A program made the position numbers and the translations under genes. The notes under the pieces are model-generated. The model had not been told where the DNA came from, ran no database searches, and saw nothing but the letters and a program-made list of their open reading frames with translations. Shown here one piece after another: positions 20,085 through 29,738 of a stretch of DNA of 64,000 bases; position 1 is the first letter of the stretch, and each line of letters opens with the position of its first letter. Source of the DNA: an uncultured cyanobacterium (GTDB lineage: Bacteria > Cyanobacteriota > Vampirovibrionia > Vampirovibrionales > JAGQHJ01); the NCBI GenBank assembly GCA_937922745.1, contig CALAJO010000006.1:8095-72094 (forward strand). The letters are read 5' to 3'.

Positions 20085-23000
20085 CCCTGACGCAGGCGCA
20101 ACAGCAAGCTGCTTATACGCTCGCCAGCGTGGCGGTGACTGCCGGGGCCGGCACCGGCAAGACCCATATGCTGTCTGAGCGATACCGGTTTCATATCGCG
20201 GAGCAGGGGTTAAGACCGCTACAGATTGTGGCGGTGACGTTTACGGAAAAGGCGGTGGCTGAACTGAAAGCCCGCATCCGATCCAACCTGCTGGGGCAGA
20301 TGCCGGGACAGGCTACCCTAATGGCTGAGTTGGAGGCGGCCCCTATCTGCACATTTCATGCCCTTTGCGCACGAATTTGCCGGGAGCATCCCCAAGAAGC
20401 CCAGGTCCCGCCCGATTTCGAGATCCTTGATGACCTGGAAAGCCAGGTTTGGTGGGCCGAGCAGTTAAACCGGGCGATGGATAAGCTTCCCCCGGAAATT
20501 TATGAGAAAATCCCTTTTACCCGGCTTCACGATGCGTTAAGCAGGTTTCTGGCGGATCCGCTGACCGCGCGGCAAGCCTTGGCGCATGGATCGGAAAGCT
20601 GGCCGGCCATCATCTCTTTGGAGCGCCAACTGGCGGAGACGCGCCTGCTGAAGAGCCGTGCGTGGCTTGATGCCCTTATTGCGGTGACGGAGTATGCCGG
20701 GCAGCCGGAGGACGCCCTGGAGCAAAATCGGCAGACCGCGCTGGCTGCAATGACCGCTATTGAAGAAGGTAAGGAGATAACACCTTATCTGGACGCCATT
20801 TCGGGTTTGTCTTTTCGGGGCGGGAGCGTTAAAAATTGGCCGGGCGGTGGATTTGATATCGTCAAAGCGGCGTTAAAGGCGCTTCGCGACAAGGTTAAAG
20901 AAGCCCAGAGAAAAGGCTTGATTAACCTGGCGCTGGGCCCGGTGGATGAGGCGCTGGCTTCCTGCCTGCCATTGCTGAAGGAGGCCTTTGAGGCCGTTGA
21001 CACGATGATTGGCGAGGCAAAGCGGGAGAAGCGGATGCTGGATTATGCCGACCTGGAAGTCCATGCCCTGCGTGCGCTGGAGAACCCCGCTGTTTGCGAT
21101 TATTATGCCCGGCGCTGGAAAGCCTTTTTGATTGATGAATTCCAGGACACCAACCGGGTTCAGGCCGAATTGTTGTCCCGGTTGTGCGGCCAGGCCATCG
21201 TCACCATTGTGGGAGATGAAAAACAGTCGATTTACGGCTTTCGACGCGCCGATTTGCGTTGCTTCCAGTCCTTCCGGGAGCGTATCGCGGAGGCTGGCGG
21301 AGAAGCGGTCTCGATTGCCCTAAGTTTTCGCACCCATCGGCAGTTGGTAGAGGCGATGAACAGCACTTTCCAGCCCTTATTAGGATCCCTCTTCTCTCCG
21401 CTGGAGGCAGCGCGCCGGGAAACGCCGCATGCGGGCCCCCACTTGCGGGCTTATGTGCTGGAAGCCGACACGTCAACACGCCGCGCCGAGCGCTTGCAGG
21501 CGGAAGCCCGGATGATAGCCGGCCTGGTGGATGGGATGCTGACAAGCGAGCTACCGGTCTTCGACAAGCAGTTGGGCAGCCTGCGCCCTATTCGTCCCGG
21601 GGATATCGGGATTCTTTCGCGCACCTGGCAACCGCTGGATTGCTATGTGGACGCCCTCCAGACCCGTGGCGTCCCGGCCATGCATGCCGGTGGAGGCAGC
21701 CTGCTGGATACGCGGGAGGCCAAGGACGGCGTTGCCCTTGTTCGCTTCCTGGCGGATGCGTCGGATAATCTGGCGCTGGCGGCCCTGTTACGTAGCCCGT
21801 TTTTTGCCGTGAGCGACCAAGCGCTTCAGCGCTTTGCTGCGGGACTGCCTAGGGGAACATCCTGGTGGGCCTGCCTGCGACAAATGGAAACCGTCCCGCC
21901 TGAACTCCAACGGGCCAAGGCGGTTTTATCCGAAATGCTGGCCTTGCGGGCTGTACACCCTCCTTCGCGTCTGCTGCAATGGATGGATCGTTTGACCGGC
22001 TACACCGCGGTTATTGCGAATTTGCCTAACGGCTTGCGGCGGGAAGCTGACTGGCGCGGCTTTTGCGATCTGATAGGCATGCTGGAGACCGGGGCGGCCG
22101 ATCTGTTCTCCGTGATGCGACGGCTCAGGCAACTAATGGCGCAGACGGTGGAGATTCCCCGCTTGCCGATGGAGCCGGATAACGCCGTTTCCCTGATGAC
22201 CATCCATGCGGCCAAGGGGCTGGAATGGCCAATCGTTATCGTGCCGGATTTAACGCGGCGATCCGCTCCCGACAACCAGCCGTTGCGCCTGCATCCCGAG
22301 CTGGGCGTGGGTCTCAAGTTGTCGATGGATGAGGATGACGAGACGCTGCAAAAGCCCGCGATTTACAGCATCCTGGAGTGTCGCCATCGGGAGGAGCGGC
22401 ACGACGAGTTGAAACGCCTGCTTTATGTGGCCCTGACCCGCGCTCGCGATCAAGTGATCCTGACTGCGCCGGATGAAAAAGGCGAAGCGTTGGAGCTGCT
22501 TCGGGACGGTCTGGCGGCTGCCGATGTCCCGATTGAGGTGGTGACGCTGCAATCGCTGGATGCACAGGATGACGGGAAAGTCCCTGCGCGTCAGGATGCG
22601 ATTGCCGCCACGCTCCTTCAAGGCACGGCTTCCAGCGGATTGACCGAGTTGCCCGTAACGGCCATTACAGAGTTTGCCACTTGCCCCCAGCGGTTCCGCT
22701 TTGCCTACATTGATGGACATCCCGGGCTTCAGTCCCTCGTCGGCGAATCGGCTTTTGCCGCCCGCGTTGGTTCCCTGGTGCATCAGGCGCTGGAACTTGA
22801 CTTGCGGGAGCTGAAGGCGCTACGTGCGCTCGATCCCGACCTGCCTTTGGGAGCGGTCAAGGAAGCCCTGCAGTTAATCGAGGATTTCGATACATGTGAA
22901 GCGTTTGCCCCGTTCAGAAAGCCCTATTTCCAGCGTGAAGTCCCCATCAGCCTGGATATCGCTGCGGCAGGGCAGAAACTCTATCTTAACGGCGTTATCG

Positions 23001-23293
23001 ATTTGATGGGCGACGATTTTGTGCTGGATTACAAGTCCGATCGGGAGATGGCGCCGGAACACCATCGCTTACAGCTTTGGGCTTATGCCCGCGCCACAGG
23101 TCGCAAGCAGGCCCATATTGCCTATATCCGCCATGGGCAGGTGCATACCTTTAGCCCGTCGGATTTATCTGCTGCGGAATCGGAGGCAACCGCGATTGCA
23201 TGCAGCATCTTGTCCGGTCAGTTTCAGCCCGCGCCGGATGCCAGGCATTGCAGCTTCTGCCCGTACCACGCCATTTGCGAGGATAAAGCATAG
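20081..23293 (+). CDS. addA: AddA/RecB-type UvrD-family helicase with C-terminal PD-(D/E)XK nuclease
   Basis: Walker A AGAGTGKTHML with UvrD motifs, a C-terminal nuclease (IDLMGDDFVLDYKSD) and a Cys motif (CSFCPYHAIC). The ATG overlaps the addB stop in an ATGA arrangement. Confidence 0.8.
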   Translation: MTLTQAQQQAAYTLASVAVTAGAGTGKTHMLSERYRFHIAEQGLRPLQIVAVTFTEKAVAELKARIRSNLLGQMPGQATLMAELEAAPICTFHALCARICREHPQEAQVPPDFEILDDLESQVWWAEQLNRAMDKLPPEIYEKIPFTRLHDALSRFLADPLTARQALAHGSESWPAIISLERQLAETRLLKSRAWLDALIAVTEYAGQPEDALEQNRQTALAAMTAIEEGKEITPYLDAISGLSFRGGSVKNWPGGGFDIVKAALKALRDKVKEAQRKGLINLALGPVDEALASCLPLLKEAFEAVDTMIGEAKREKRMLDYADLEVHALRALENPAVCDYYARRWKAFLIDEFQDTNRVQAELLSRLCGQAIVTIVGDEKQSIYGFRRADLRCFQSFRERIAEAGGEAVSIALSFRTHRQLVEAMNSTFQPLLGSLFSPLEAARRETPHAGPHLRAYVLEADTSTRRAERLQAEARMIAGLVDGMLTSELPVFDKQLGSLRPIRPGDIGILSRTWQPLDCYVDALQTRGVPAMHAGGGSLLDTREAKDGVALVRFLADASDNLALAALLRSPFFAVSDQALQRFAAGLPRGTSWWACLRQMETVPPELQRAKAVLSEMLALRAVHPPSRLLQWMDRLTGYTAVIANLPNGLRREADWRGFCDLIGMLETGAADLFSVMRRLRQLMAQTVEIPRLPMEPDNAVSLMTIHAAKGLEWPIVIVPDLTRRSAPDNQPLRLHPELGVGLKLSMDEDDETLQKPAIYSILECRHREERHDELKRLLYVALTRARDQVILTAPDEKGEALELLRDGLAAADVPIEVVTLQSLDAQDDGKVPARQDAIAATLLQGTASSGLTELPVTAITEFATCPQRFRFAYIDGHPGLQSLVGESAFAARVGSLVHQALELDLRELKALRALDPDLPLGAVKEALQLIEDFDTCEAFAPFRKPYFQREVPISLDIAAAGQKLYLNGVIDLMGDDFVLDYKSDREMAPEHHRLQLWAYARATGRKQAHIAYIRHGQVHTFSPSDLSAAESEATAIACSILSGQFQPAPDARHCSFCPYHAICEDKA

Positions 23294-23490
23294 TCCCCGG
23301 AAAGCCTTGCTGCTGATCAGGAAGAATCCGGTAGGAAACAAAGGCAACAGGCTCGTGTGTGAGAGATGCTTAAGCGAGTTAAAGTTATGATATAGTCTGC
23401 TCTTGTGACTGATATTAAGGGAGTCTGCTAACTTCTATAATGTTTCCATGCCCTTCGGAGGTAAATGAAGAAGTAAGAGGACACAGGGAC

Positions 23491-23871
23491 ATGAGAAAAC
23501 CGTTACAACCGTATCCGCATTCGATACTGGATTACATGACCGGCCTGTTGCTGGTGGCTTCTCCCTGGATTTTGCAGTTCCACGACGTTTCTTCCATCGC
23601 GACCAACACGATGGTAACGCTGGGGATTGTGGTCTTGGGCCTTAGCCTGATTACGGATTATCCGCTGGGTGTGCTTAAGGCGGTTCCGTTTAAAACGCAC
23701 GGGGTGATTGAGACGCTGGGCGCCGTGGGCCTGCTTGTCTCACCGTGGTTGCTGGGTTATGCCGATGAGACCGGTACGGCGACCGTGTTTGCCGTCGTTG
23801 TTGCCATTGGCTGGCTGGGGGTTGTGGCCGTAACCAATTACAACTACCACAGCGAACGCATGGTTCACTAG
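23491..23871 (+). CDS. SPW-repeat membrane protein
   Basis: Two SPW motifs (VASPWIL and LVSPWLL) sit inside hydrophobic helices. Confidence 0.55.
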   Translation: MRKPLQPYPHSILDYMTGLLLVASPWILQFHDVSSIATNTMVTLGIVVLGLSLITDYPLGVLKAVPFKTHGVIETLGAVGLLVSPWLLGYADETGTATVFAVVVAIGWLGVVAVTNYNYHSERMVH

Positions 23872-23890
23872 AATCGCTTAGTTTAGCGAA

Positions 23891-23930
23891 CAAAAAAGAC
23901 CCCTGATTTATTTCAGAGGTCTTTTTTTAA
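23891..23930. terminator. Bidirectional rho-independent terminator shared by convergent genes
   Basis: Hairpin agacccctga / tcagaggtct with an A-run on one side and a T-run on the other. Confidence 0.55.
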
Positions 23931-23937
23931 ATAGATA

Positions 23938-24588
23938 CTATTGCGGCGGGTCGGCCAAGAGCTTGGCTTCAACAGGTCGAACGGCCACAAAGCCGGAGTA
24001 AAACAGCTCGACCGCATGCGGCTTGGCAAATTGCACTTTTACTTCCGGCATTTTTCCGAATGGGATCAGGGTAAGCGTCGAGAATGTGTGATTGGTCGGC
24101 AGCGTCCCGGCAGGCAAGGTATTGGAGAAGTCGCTGGAGGCTTCGCGGGCCTTGGAGTTGGCATTGGCGCGCTTCACCGTGTTCCCCACAATGGCGGTGA
24201 TACCTAAAAAGCTTGCCGGGCTTACCAGGCTGCGTTTTACATCCTCAAAGGCGGTTTTGCCATCCACCCCGTTTCCAATTTGGATACTTGTAATTTCCAC
24301 TGGATGCGGGCCTTGGTTCATTACTTTGACCTCAAAGCCGGTATATTTGCGCACGAACAGATCCGAATCGACTTCGACCGGCAAAATGGATACCAGAACG
24401 ACAGAGTGATTCGATTCCGCTTCCGCCTGGCGAACCTCTTCCGGATCCGCTGCCGTGGGGAAGATGGATTCGTAGGCCGGGATAAAACTGTGTGTGCCGG
24501 ATTGCGGCTCTGGCTCGTTCGCGGCGGCAGGCAAAGCCGTTGCCGTTAACATAGTTGCCAATAGTAACCGCGCGATGGAAGATTTCAT
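23938..24588 (-). CDS. Secreted hypothetical protein
   Basis: Signal peptide LLLATMLTATALPAAA. No recognisable domain. Confidence 0.5.
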   Translation of the reverse strand: MKSSIARLLLATMLTATALPAAANEPEPQSGTHSFIPAYESIFPTAADPEEVRQAEAESNHSVVLVSILPVEVDSDLFVRKYTGFEVKVMNQGPHPVEITSIQIGNGVDGKTAFEDVKRSLVSPASFLGITAIVGNTVKRANANSKAREASSDFSNTLPAGTLPTNHTFSTLTLIPFGKMPEVKVQFAKPHAVELFYSGFVAVRPVEAKLLADPPQ

Positions 24589-24665
24589 GCGTCAGGGATC
24601 CTCTGGTTTATTTTCTCCCAGTGTAGGGGCATTTCAACAAAAGGGGATCCCTTAGGTTCAGGACA

Positions 24666-26876
24666 TCATAATTTCACGTCGCGCAGGTAGCAATGCAGGG
24701 CGTCTTCCAGCGGGGTCATCAGTTGGCCGCGCTCCGTGCCCAGGGCGCTATATAAGGGGCGCTTGGCGATAAACTGCATCTCTTCGCACGGGATGCCCAC
24801 CACTTTTTTGGAGTCCATACCGGACATCTGGGCCGCGAGACGGGCAAAGTCCGCCCAGGAAACCTCGCACGGATTGGTAATGTGCCAGATGCCGGACTCG
24901 CCGTCAATCAGGAGATCCAGCGTCGTGTTTACGAGATCCGGCACGTAGGTTGGGGAAATGATGGTGTCCTCGGCAGCCTGGAAGGGCTGGCCGGACTGGA
25001 TGCGCCGCAGGGCGATGGTGATGAAGTTAAAGTCGTCCCACGGCCCAAAAAAGGAGCTGGTGCGAATCACCAGGCTGGTGGGCAAAATGTCTAGAACCTT
25101 CTGCTCCGAAGCCGCCTTGGTTTCTCCATACACGTTCAACGGGCGCATTTCGTCGCTTTCCAGGTATGGTTTTCTCGCGCTGCCGCAGAACACCAAGTCC
25201 GATGAGAAGGTGACAAGCGGGATATTTAAGTCAGAGCAGGCTTTGGCCAGGTTTGCGGGGCCGGTTACGTTGGCCAGCCAGCAGATATCCTTTTCGTTTT
25301 CCGCGTCATCCACCCGCACATAACCGGCCGCGTTGATGACTGCCCAAGGCCGCAGCTTCGCCAGGCGCTGCCCCACCAGTTCCGGGGTGGAAATATCCAT
25401 ATGGGCGCGGCTCAACAGGTAATAAGGAATCCCGCGGATATCGCACATGCGGGCAAACGCTTTGCCCAACGTGCCATTTGCCCCCACAATCACGATGGGC
25501 CGAATCCCGATATGGCATTCCTGCGTGAGTTCACAGTTTTCCGTAATGCTGACGGCATGGCATGTTTTCTCCGCGCGGGAAGGGTAAAACACGCGGTCTT
25601 CCCGCCGCCACCAGCCTTCCTTGTCCAGGATGGGATGATCCGGCTTTTCACCGGTGGCATAGGTTTTAATCAGTTGCGCCAGGGCGGTGGGCCTGGGCTT
25701 GCTCCCGCGCATATCAAACACGCCAGGCTCATAGAACCCGTTGTCCTTGGTGACCAGGCAGTTCCAATCGTAAGCCCCCAGCAGCGACCAAGCGGTGACG
25801 GCCACCACCGGAACCCCTTCCTCTCGTAAGCATTCGGCCGCATCCCAGATTTCCTTCAGCCAACGGAGCTGCTCATCCCGGGTGCAGCCCAGGTGGGCTT
25901 CCGTTACGGCGACAGGCAGGCCGTAGCGCTCATAGGTTTCCTTCAGCAGGGTGCGATGGCCCGCATAGTCCTGTTGATGCACGCGGATGGCCTCGACATC
26001 GGCATACTGGTGCTTCCCGTTCCCGCCATGAAATTGCGGCGGGTAGCAGTCCATATTCTCGTCCAGGAAGCGATCGCTGGTGAGGTAGTGGTTAATCCCC
26101 ACCACGTCCGGCGGACAGGGATTGTTAAGAAACCAGTTGAGCGCTTCCACGCTGGCGCCGCAACTTAGCAAATATTGCCACATGGGCTTGTCCGGCGTCA
26201 GCTTGCCGCAAAGCAGGTCGTACGTCAACCAACGGCGCTCGTTCTCCAGGTCCGCCTGATATTGCAGAAGCGGTGTGCTGTAAACTTTCCCCAGGTCATC
26301 CGTCTGGATCAGCTTGGCATCGGGGTTCACTTCCCGAATGGCTCGCATGGCCAGCACCGTGCCCTTGCACTCGTTGAGCAGCGCCGTCACAAAGGTCTGA
26401 TCATCACGCCCATGGGGATACCAGTGGCCGTACATGCCACTAAACCGCGCCGTGGTCAAAGGTTCATTTACGGGTGTATAAAACTCAAGCCAAGGGTAAC
26501 GCCGGGCGACGGCCCCGGCATATTCGGCCAGTTTCTTCGGAAACGCCGGATCGACCAGGCTGGTTGACATGGGGCCGCTGCCATGATGCACCAGGCCTGC
26601 AATCGGGTTGATTCCCAGCTCGCGAAGCCTTGGCAAGCGTTCATCCAACCAGGACCAATCGGCGTTCTCAATCCCGTTGGGTGCGGTTCTCTCCCAGATG
26701 ACCGGGTAGCGAATGACCTTGATGCCCAATTCCGCAATCATATCCAGGTCGCTGATGCGGTAGGCATGACCATTGCGCGCCAACTGATCATAATACCGAT
26801 CGCCAACCCGGTTGACGGTACATTCGATTCCTGCCCACATTTGCAGTGGAACTGCCTGACTACTACGCATATTCAA
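24666..26876 (-). CDS. Fusion protein: N-terminal GH1-like (clan GH-A) glycosidase domain plus a C-terminal RmlD-like NAD(P)H-dependent sugar reductase domain
   Basis: N-terminal half has acid/base NEP (YTPVNEPLT), nucleophile-like VTEAHL and an FxW..DxFxW-like tail. C-terminal half has IVIVGANGTLG ... YGETKAASE ... SPTYVPDL, typical of dTDP-4-dehydrorhamnose reductase. Confidence 0.7.
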   Translation of the reverse strand: MNMRSSQAVPLQMWAGIECTVNRVGDRYYDQLARNGHAYRISDLDMIAELGIKVIRYPVIWERTAPNGIENADWSWLDERLPRLRELGINPIAGLVHHGSGPMSTSLVDPAFPKKLAEYAGAVARRYPWLEFYTPVNEPLTTARFSGMYGHWYPHGRDDQTFVTALLNECKGTVLAMRAIREVNPDAKLIQTDDLGKVYSTPLLQYQADLENERRWLTYDLLCGKLTPDKPMWQYLLSCGASVEALNWFLNNPCPPDVVGINHYLTSDRFLDENMDCYPPQFHGGNGKHQYADVEAIRVHQQDYAGHRTLLKETYERYGLPVAVTEAHLGCTRDEQLRWLKEIWDAAECLREEGVPVVAVTAWSLLGAYDWNCLVTKDNGFYEPGVFDMRGSKPRPTALAQLIKTYATGEKPDHPILDKEGWWRREDRVFYPSRAEKTCHAVSITENCELTQECHIGIRPIVIVGANGTLGKAFARMCDIRGIPYYLLSRAHMDISTPELVGQRLAKLRPWAVINAAGYVRVDDAENEKDICWLANVTGPANLAKACSDLNIPLVTFSSDLVFCGSARKPYLESDEMRPLNVYGETKAASEQKVLDILPTSLVIRTSSFFGPWDDFNFITIALRRIQSGQPFQAAEDTIISPTYVPDLVNTTLDLLIDGESGIWHITNPCEVSWADFARLAAQMSGMDSKKVVGIPCEEMQFIAKRPLYSALGTERGQLMTPLEDALHCYLRDVKL

Positions 26877-26958
26877 TTTCCTCGATTAATTTCTTTCCGC
26901 CCTGTTCATAAACGAAAGCGTTGCTCAAAATGGCAACGCTTTCGCTAGAATTTCTTTT

Positions 26959-29400
26959 TTACCGGCTTGGTGCCAGCGCCGCCTGGGTTGCAGAAGCCGT
27001 TGCAGCCGGCTTGCTGGCAACCTTCTCGCCCTTGATGTGCTTGAAGAGCGTTAAGGCCTGGGCCACAACCTGATCCATGTTGTAGTACTTGTACGTGGCC
27101 AGGCGTCCTACGAAGTAAACGTTGGGAAGCGCATCCGCCAGGGCCTTGTACTGGTTATAAATGTCGGCATTTTCCGGCTTTGGGATGGGATAGTAGGGAT
27201 CCCCTTCCGCGCGGGAGTATTCGTACACGATGCTGGTTTTCTCGTGCTTTTGCCCCGTCAGTTGCTTGAACTCCGTAACGCGCGTGTAATCGTTATCGTT
27301 CGGGTAGTTTACCACGGCCACCGGCTGATGCACTTCCTTGTCCAGCGTCTCGTGCTTAAACTCCAGCGAGCGGTAAGGCAGCTTGCCGTAACGGTAGTTG
27401 AAGAACTCATCGACCGGGCCGGTGTAGATAATCTTGCGATGGGGAATAATGCGCAGGATTTCCCGGTAGTCCGTGTTCAGCATAATTTTGATGTTGGGGT
27501 GGGACAGCATGTTCTCAAACATCCGGGTAAATCCGTGGAGCGGCATGGCTTGGTAACTGTCCGTAAAATAGCGGTCATCCGTGTTCGTCCGGGTGGGGAT
27601 TCTCGCGGTCACGCACTTGTCCAGTTCGGAGGGATCCATGCCCCACTGTTTGCGGGTATAGCCTTGGAAAAACATCTCGTACAACTCCCGCCCGACGGTG
27701 CTGACCACAACGTCTTCGGAAGTCTTGATCACGTCTATCTGCTCCGCCTTGGAGGCCAGGAAGTCCGCGACGCCCTGCTCGTCAAGGTTCAGGTTATACA
27801 GCTTGTTAATCGTGGTTCGGTTAATCGGGATGGGAACCAGTTGGCCGTCCACCTGTGCCAGCACGCGGTGTTCGTAATCCCGCCACTCGGTAAAGCGCGA
27901 GAGGTAATCGAAAACTTCCTTGGAGTTGGTGTGGAAGATATGTGGGCCGTACTTGTGTACCAGGATGCCATGATCATCGTAGTGGTCGTAAGCATTCCCG
28001 GCAATGTGCGGCCGGCGATCCACGATCAGAACCTTGTTGCCGTCACTGGCAAGGCGCTCGGCCAGAACGCTCCCGGCAAACCCGGCGCCCACAATCAGGT
28101 AATCGAACGTGCCTTCTTTTGTCTGCCAGCGTTCGCGCCTGGAAACCACCTTGTGATCCTGGATATTTTTGCGGTTAAGGATGCGGTTGATATTGCCACG
28201 CATCCCGGCCCAAGTTTTATCCCAGGAGTTCTGGGAGAGAAAGGCATCGGCCCGTTGCTGCCAGTCAAGATCCGTATGGACTTCCTCGAACATGGCATCC
28301 AGTGCAGCCACAAACGCTTCAGACGTGTCGGCAATCTTCACCAGGCGCAAGGCTTCATAAGGCACCACAACGTCTTTTATGGATGTGGAGACGATGCGCT
28401 TACCCGCAGCCAGGAATTCCGGCGTTTTGGTGGGGCTGATAAACTCGGTCGATTCGTTCTTGGCAAACGGCATCATCGCCATATCCCAGCCGGAGAGGTA
28501 TTGCGGCAGCTCTTTGTAATCCTTGCCGCCCAGGTAATGGATGTTGGGCAGTTGCGGCAAGGTTGCCGGATCGATCTTGACCACCGGCCCGATGATGACG
28601 TAATGCCAATCCGGGCGTTTTTCGGCAATCTCTCTCAGCAGGTCGATGTTCAACCGCTCGTCAATCACGCCGAAGAAGCCGATACGTGGGTGTGGAATAT
28701 GGGCCTGATCGGCCGGTTCGGTTTCCACATGCTTGGCTTGCTCGAAATGCGCGACATCCACGCTGCTGGGAAAGGCATGCACTTCCGGGTGATGCGGGCG
28801 CTTGGCTTCATACAGGCTTTGCCCGCCGGTAAACACCAGGTCGGCTACTTTAAACAGGTCGATTTCCCGTTCAATCAGTTCCGGTGGTGCGCCTTTAAAG
28901 GCCGCCAACTGATCCATACAGTCGTAGACGATGGCCATGGGCTTGAGATGGGCGCTAAACGCCATTGCCATCGGCGTGTAATACCATAAAACGTATTGGT
29001 TGATATCGTTCTCGGCAATAAACTCATCCAGCAGACGTTGCTGTTCGGCTTCGCACTCTGCGGGAGAAAGGCTTTCAGGCAGGTAGGGCACGACAACGAC
29101 CACGCCTTCGTTGTTGGGATGGCTCACATGAAGCATCGGCTCCGGGTGGGTTGTGCGAATGGGCTCCTCCACGAAAAATACCCGGCGCTCCCTGGCGCAG
29201 CGGCTCAGCAGATGTTGCGGTCGCTGGAAAACAAAATTCCAGCGCAAGTGGGAAAGGCAGATCAGATCGAATTTCTGTTCACCGTCCAGCAGCGTTTCCT
29301 CGTGCATTTTATGCGTGTCCAGCTTCGCCCGAATATCGACGACAAGATGATTTTTCTGTACATCGTTGTGGTTGTTTCCACCGTTTTGGTCGTTTGTCAT
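26959..29400 (-). CDS. glf: Fusion protein: N-terminal glycosyltransferase plus C-terminal UDP-galactopyranose mutase
   Basis: C-terminal ~390 aa: FAD motif YDYLIVGAGFAGSVLAERL, then HKYGPHIFHT and YTGPVDEFF, canonical for Glf. N-terminal ~400 aa is GT-like (FFGVIDERLNIDLL, YLGG). Confidence 0.8.
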   Translation of the reverse strand: MTNDQNGGNNHNDVQKNHLVVDIRAKLDTHKMHEETLLDGEQKFDLICLSHLRWNFVFQRPQHLLSRCARERRVFFVEEPIRTTHPEPMLHVSHPNNEGVVVVVPYLPESLSPAECEAEQQRLLDEFIAENDINQYVLWYYTPMAMAFSAHLKPMAIVYDCMDQLAAFKGAPPELIEREIDLFKVADLVFTGGQSLYEAKRPHHPEVHAFPSSVDVAHFEQAKHVETEPADQAHIPHPRIGFFGVIDERLNIDLLREIAEKRPDWHYVIIGPVVKIDPATLPQLPNIHYLGGKDYKELPQYLSGWDMAMMPFAKNESTEFISPTKTPEFLAAGKRIVSTSIKDVVVPYEALRLVKIADTSEAFVAALDAMFEEVHTDLDWQQRADAFLSQNSWDKTWAGMRGNINRILNRKNIQDHKVVSRRERWQTKEGTFDYLIVGAGFAGSVLAERLASDGNKVLIVDRRPHIAGNAYDHYDDHGILVHKYGPHIFHTNSKEVFDYLSRFTEWRDYEHRVLAQVDGQLVPIPINRTTINKLYNLNLDEQGVADFLASKAEQIDVIKTSEDVVVSTVGRELYEMFFQGYTRKQWGMDPSELDKCVTARIPTRTNTDDRYFTDSYQAMPLHGFTRMFENMLSHPNIKIMLNTDYREILRIIPHRKIIYTGPVDEFFNYRYGKLPYRSLEFKHETLDKEVHQPVAVVNYPNDNDYTRVTEFKQLTGQKHEKTSIVYEYSRAEGDPYYPIPKPENADIYNQYKALADALPNVYFVGRLATYKYYNMDQVVAQALTLFKHIKGEKVASKPAATASATQAALAPSR

Positions 29401-29738
29401 TATATACTCCCTATGTTGTAGACCTTACCGTTTAGAGAGGCTGTAAAGCACAGCCCAGCTAGACCTCCCTGCATCCAGAGGCCCGGTGTGTGTTACTTCT
29501 CTTCGCTTTGATATCAAAATTTGGGTTTAATCAACACTGAAACCAATAAAAAACCAAGTCTTGATATCCTTTCCGCCTGACTGCCAGAGGAACCGGCAGA
29601 TCAAACTCTCGCGAGATTATTATGTGTGGAACAGGGAAAAAATAGATTACCCAACAAGCCAATTGATAAGGCTCATCTGGACCCTTTAGCCCGATCGGTT
29701 AATCCATCCCTTTTATAAATGTATAGAGGCGGGTGGGA

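Noticed and set aside
27244-28989. 581 aa plus-strand ORF
   Set aside because: It lies entirely antisense to the well-supported GT-Glf gene. Long antisense ORFs are expected in GC-rich coding DNA, and no motif was recognised.
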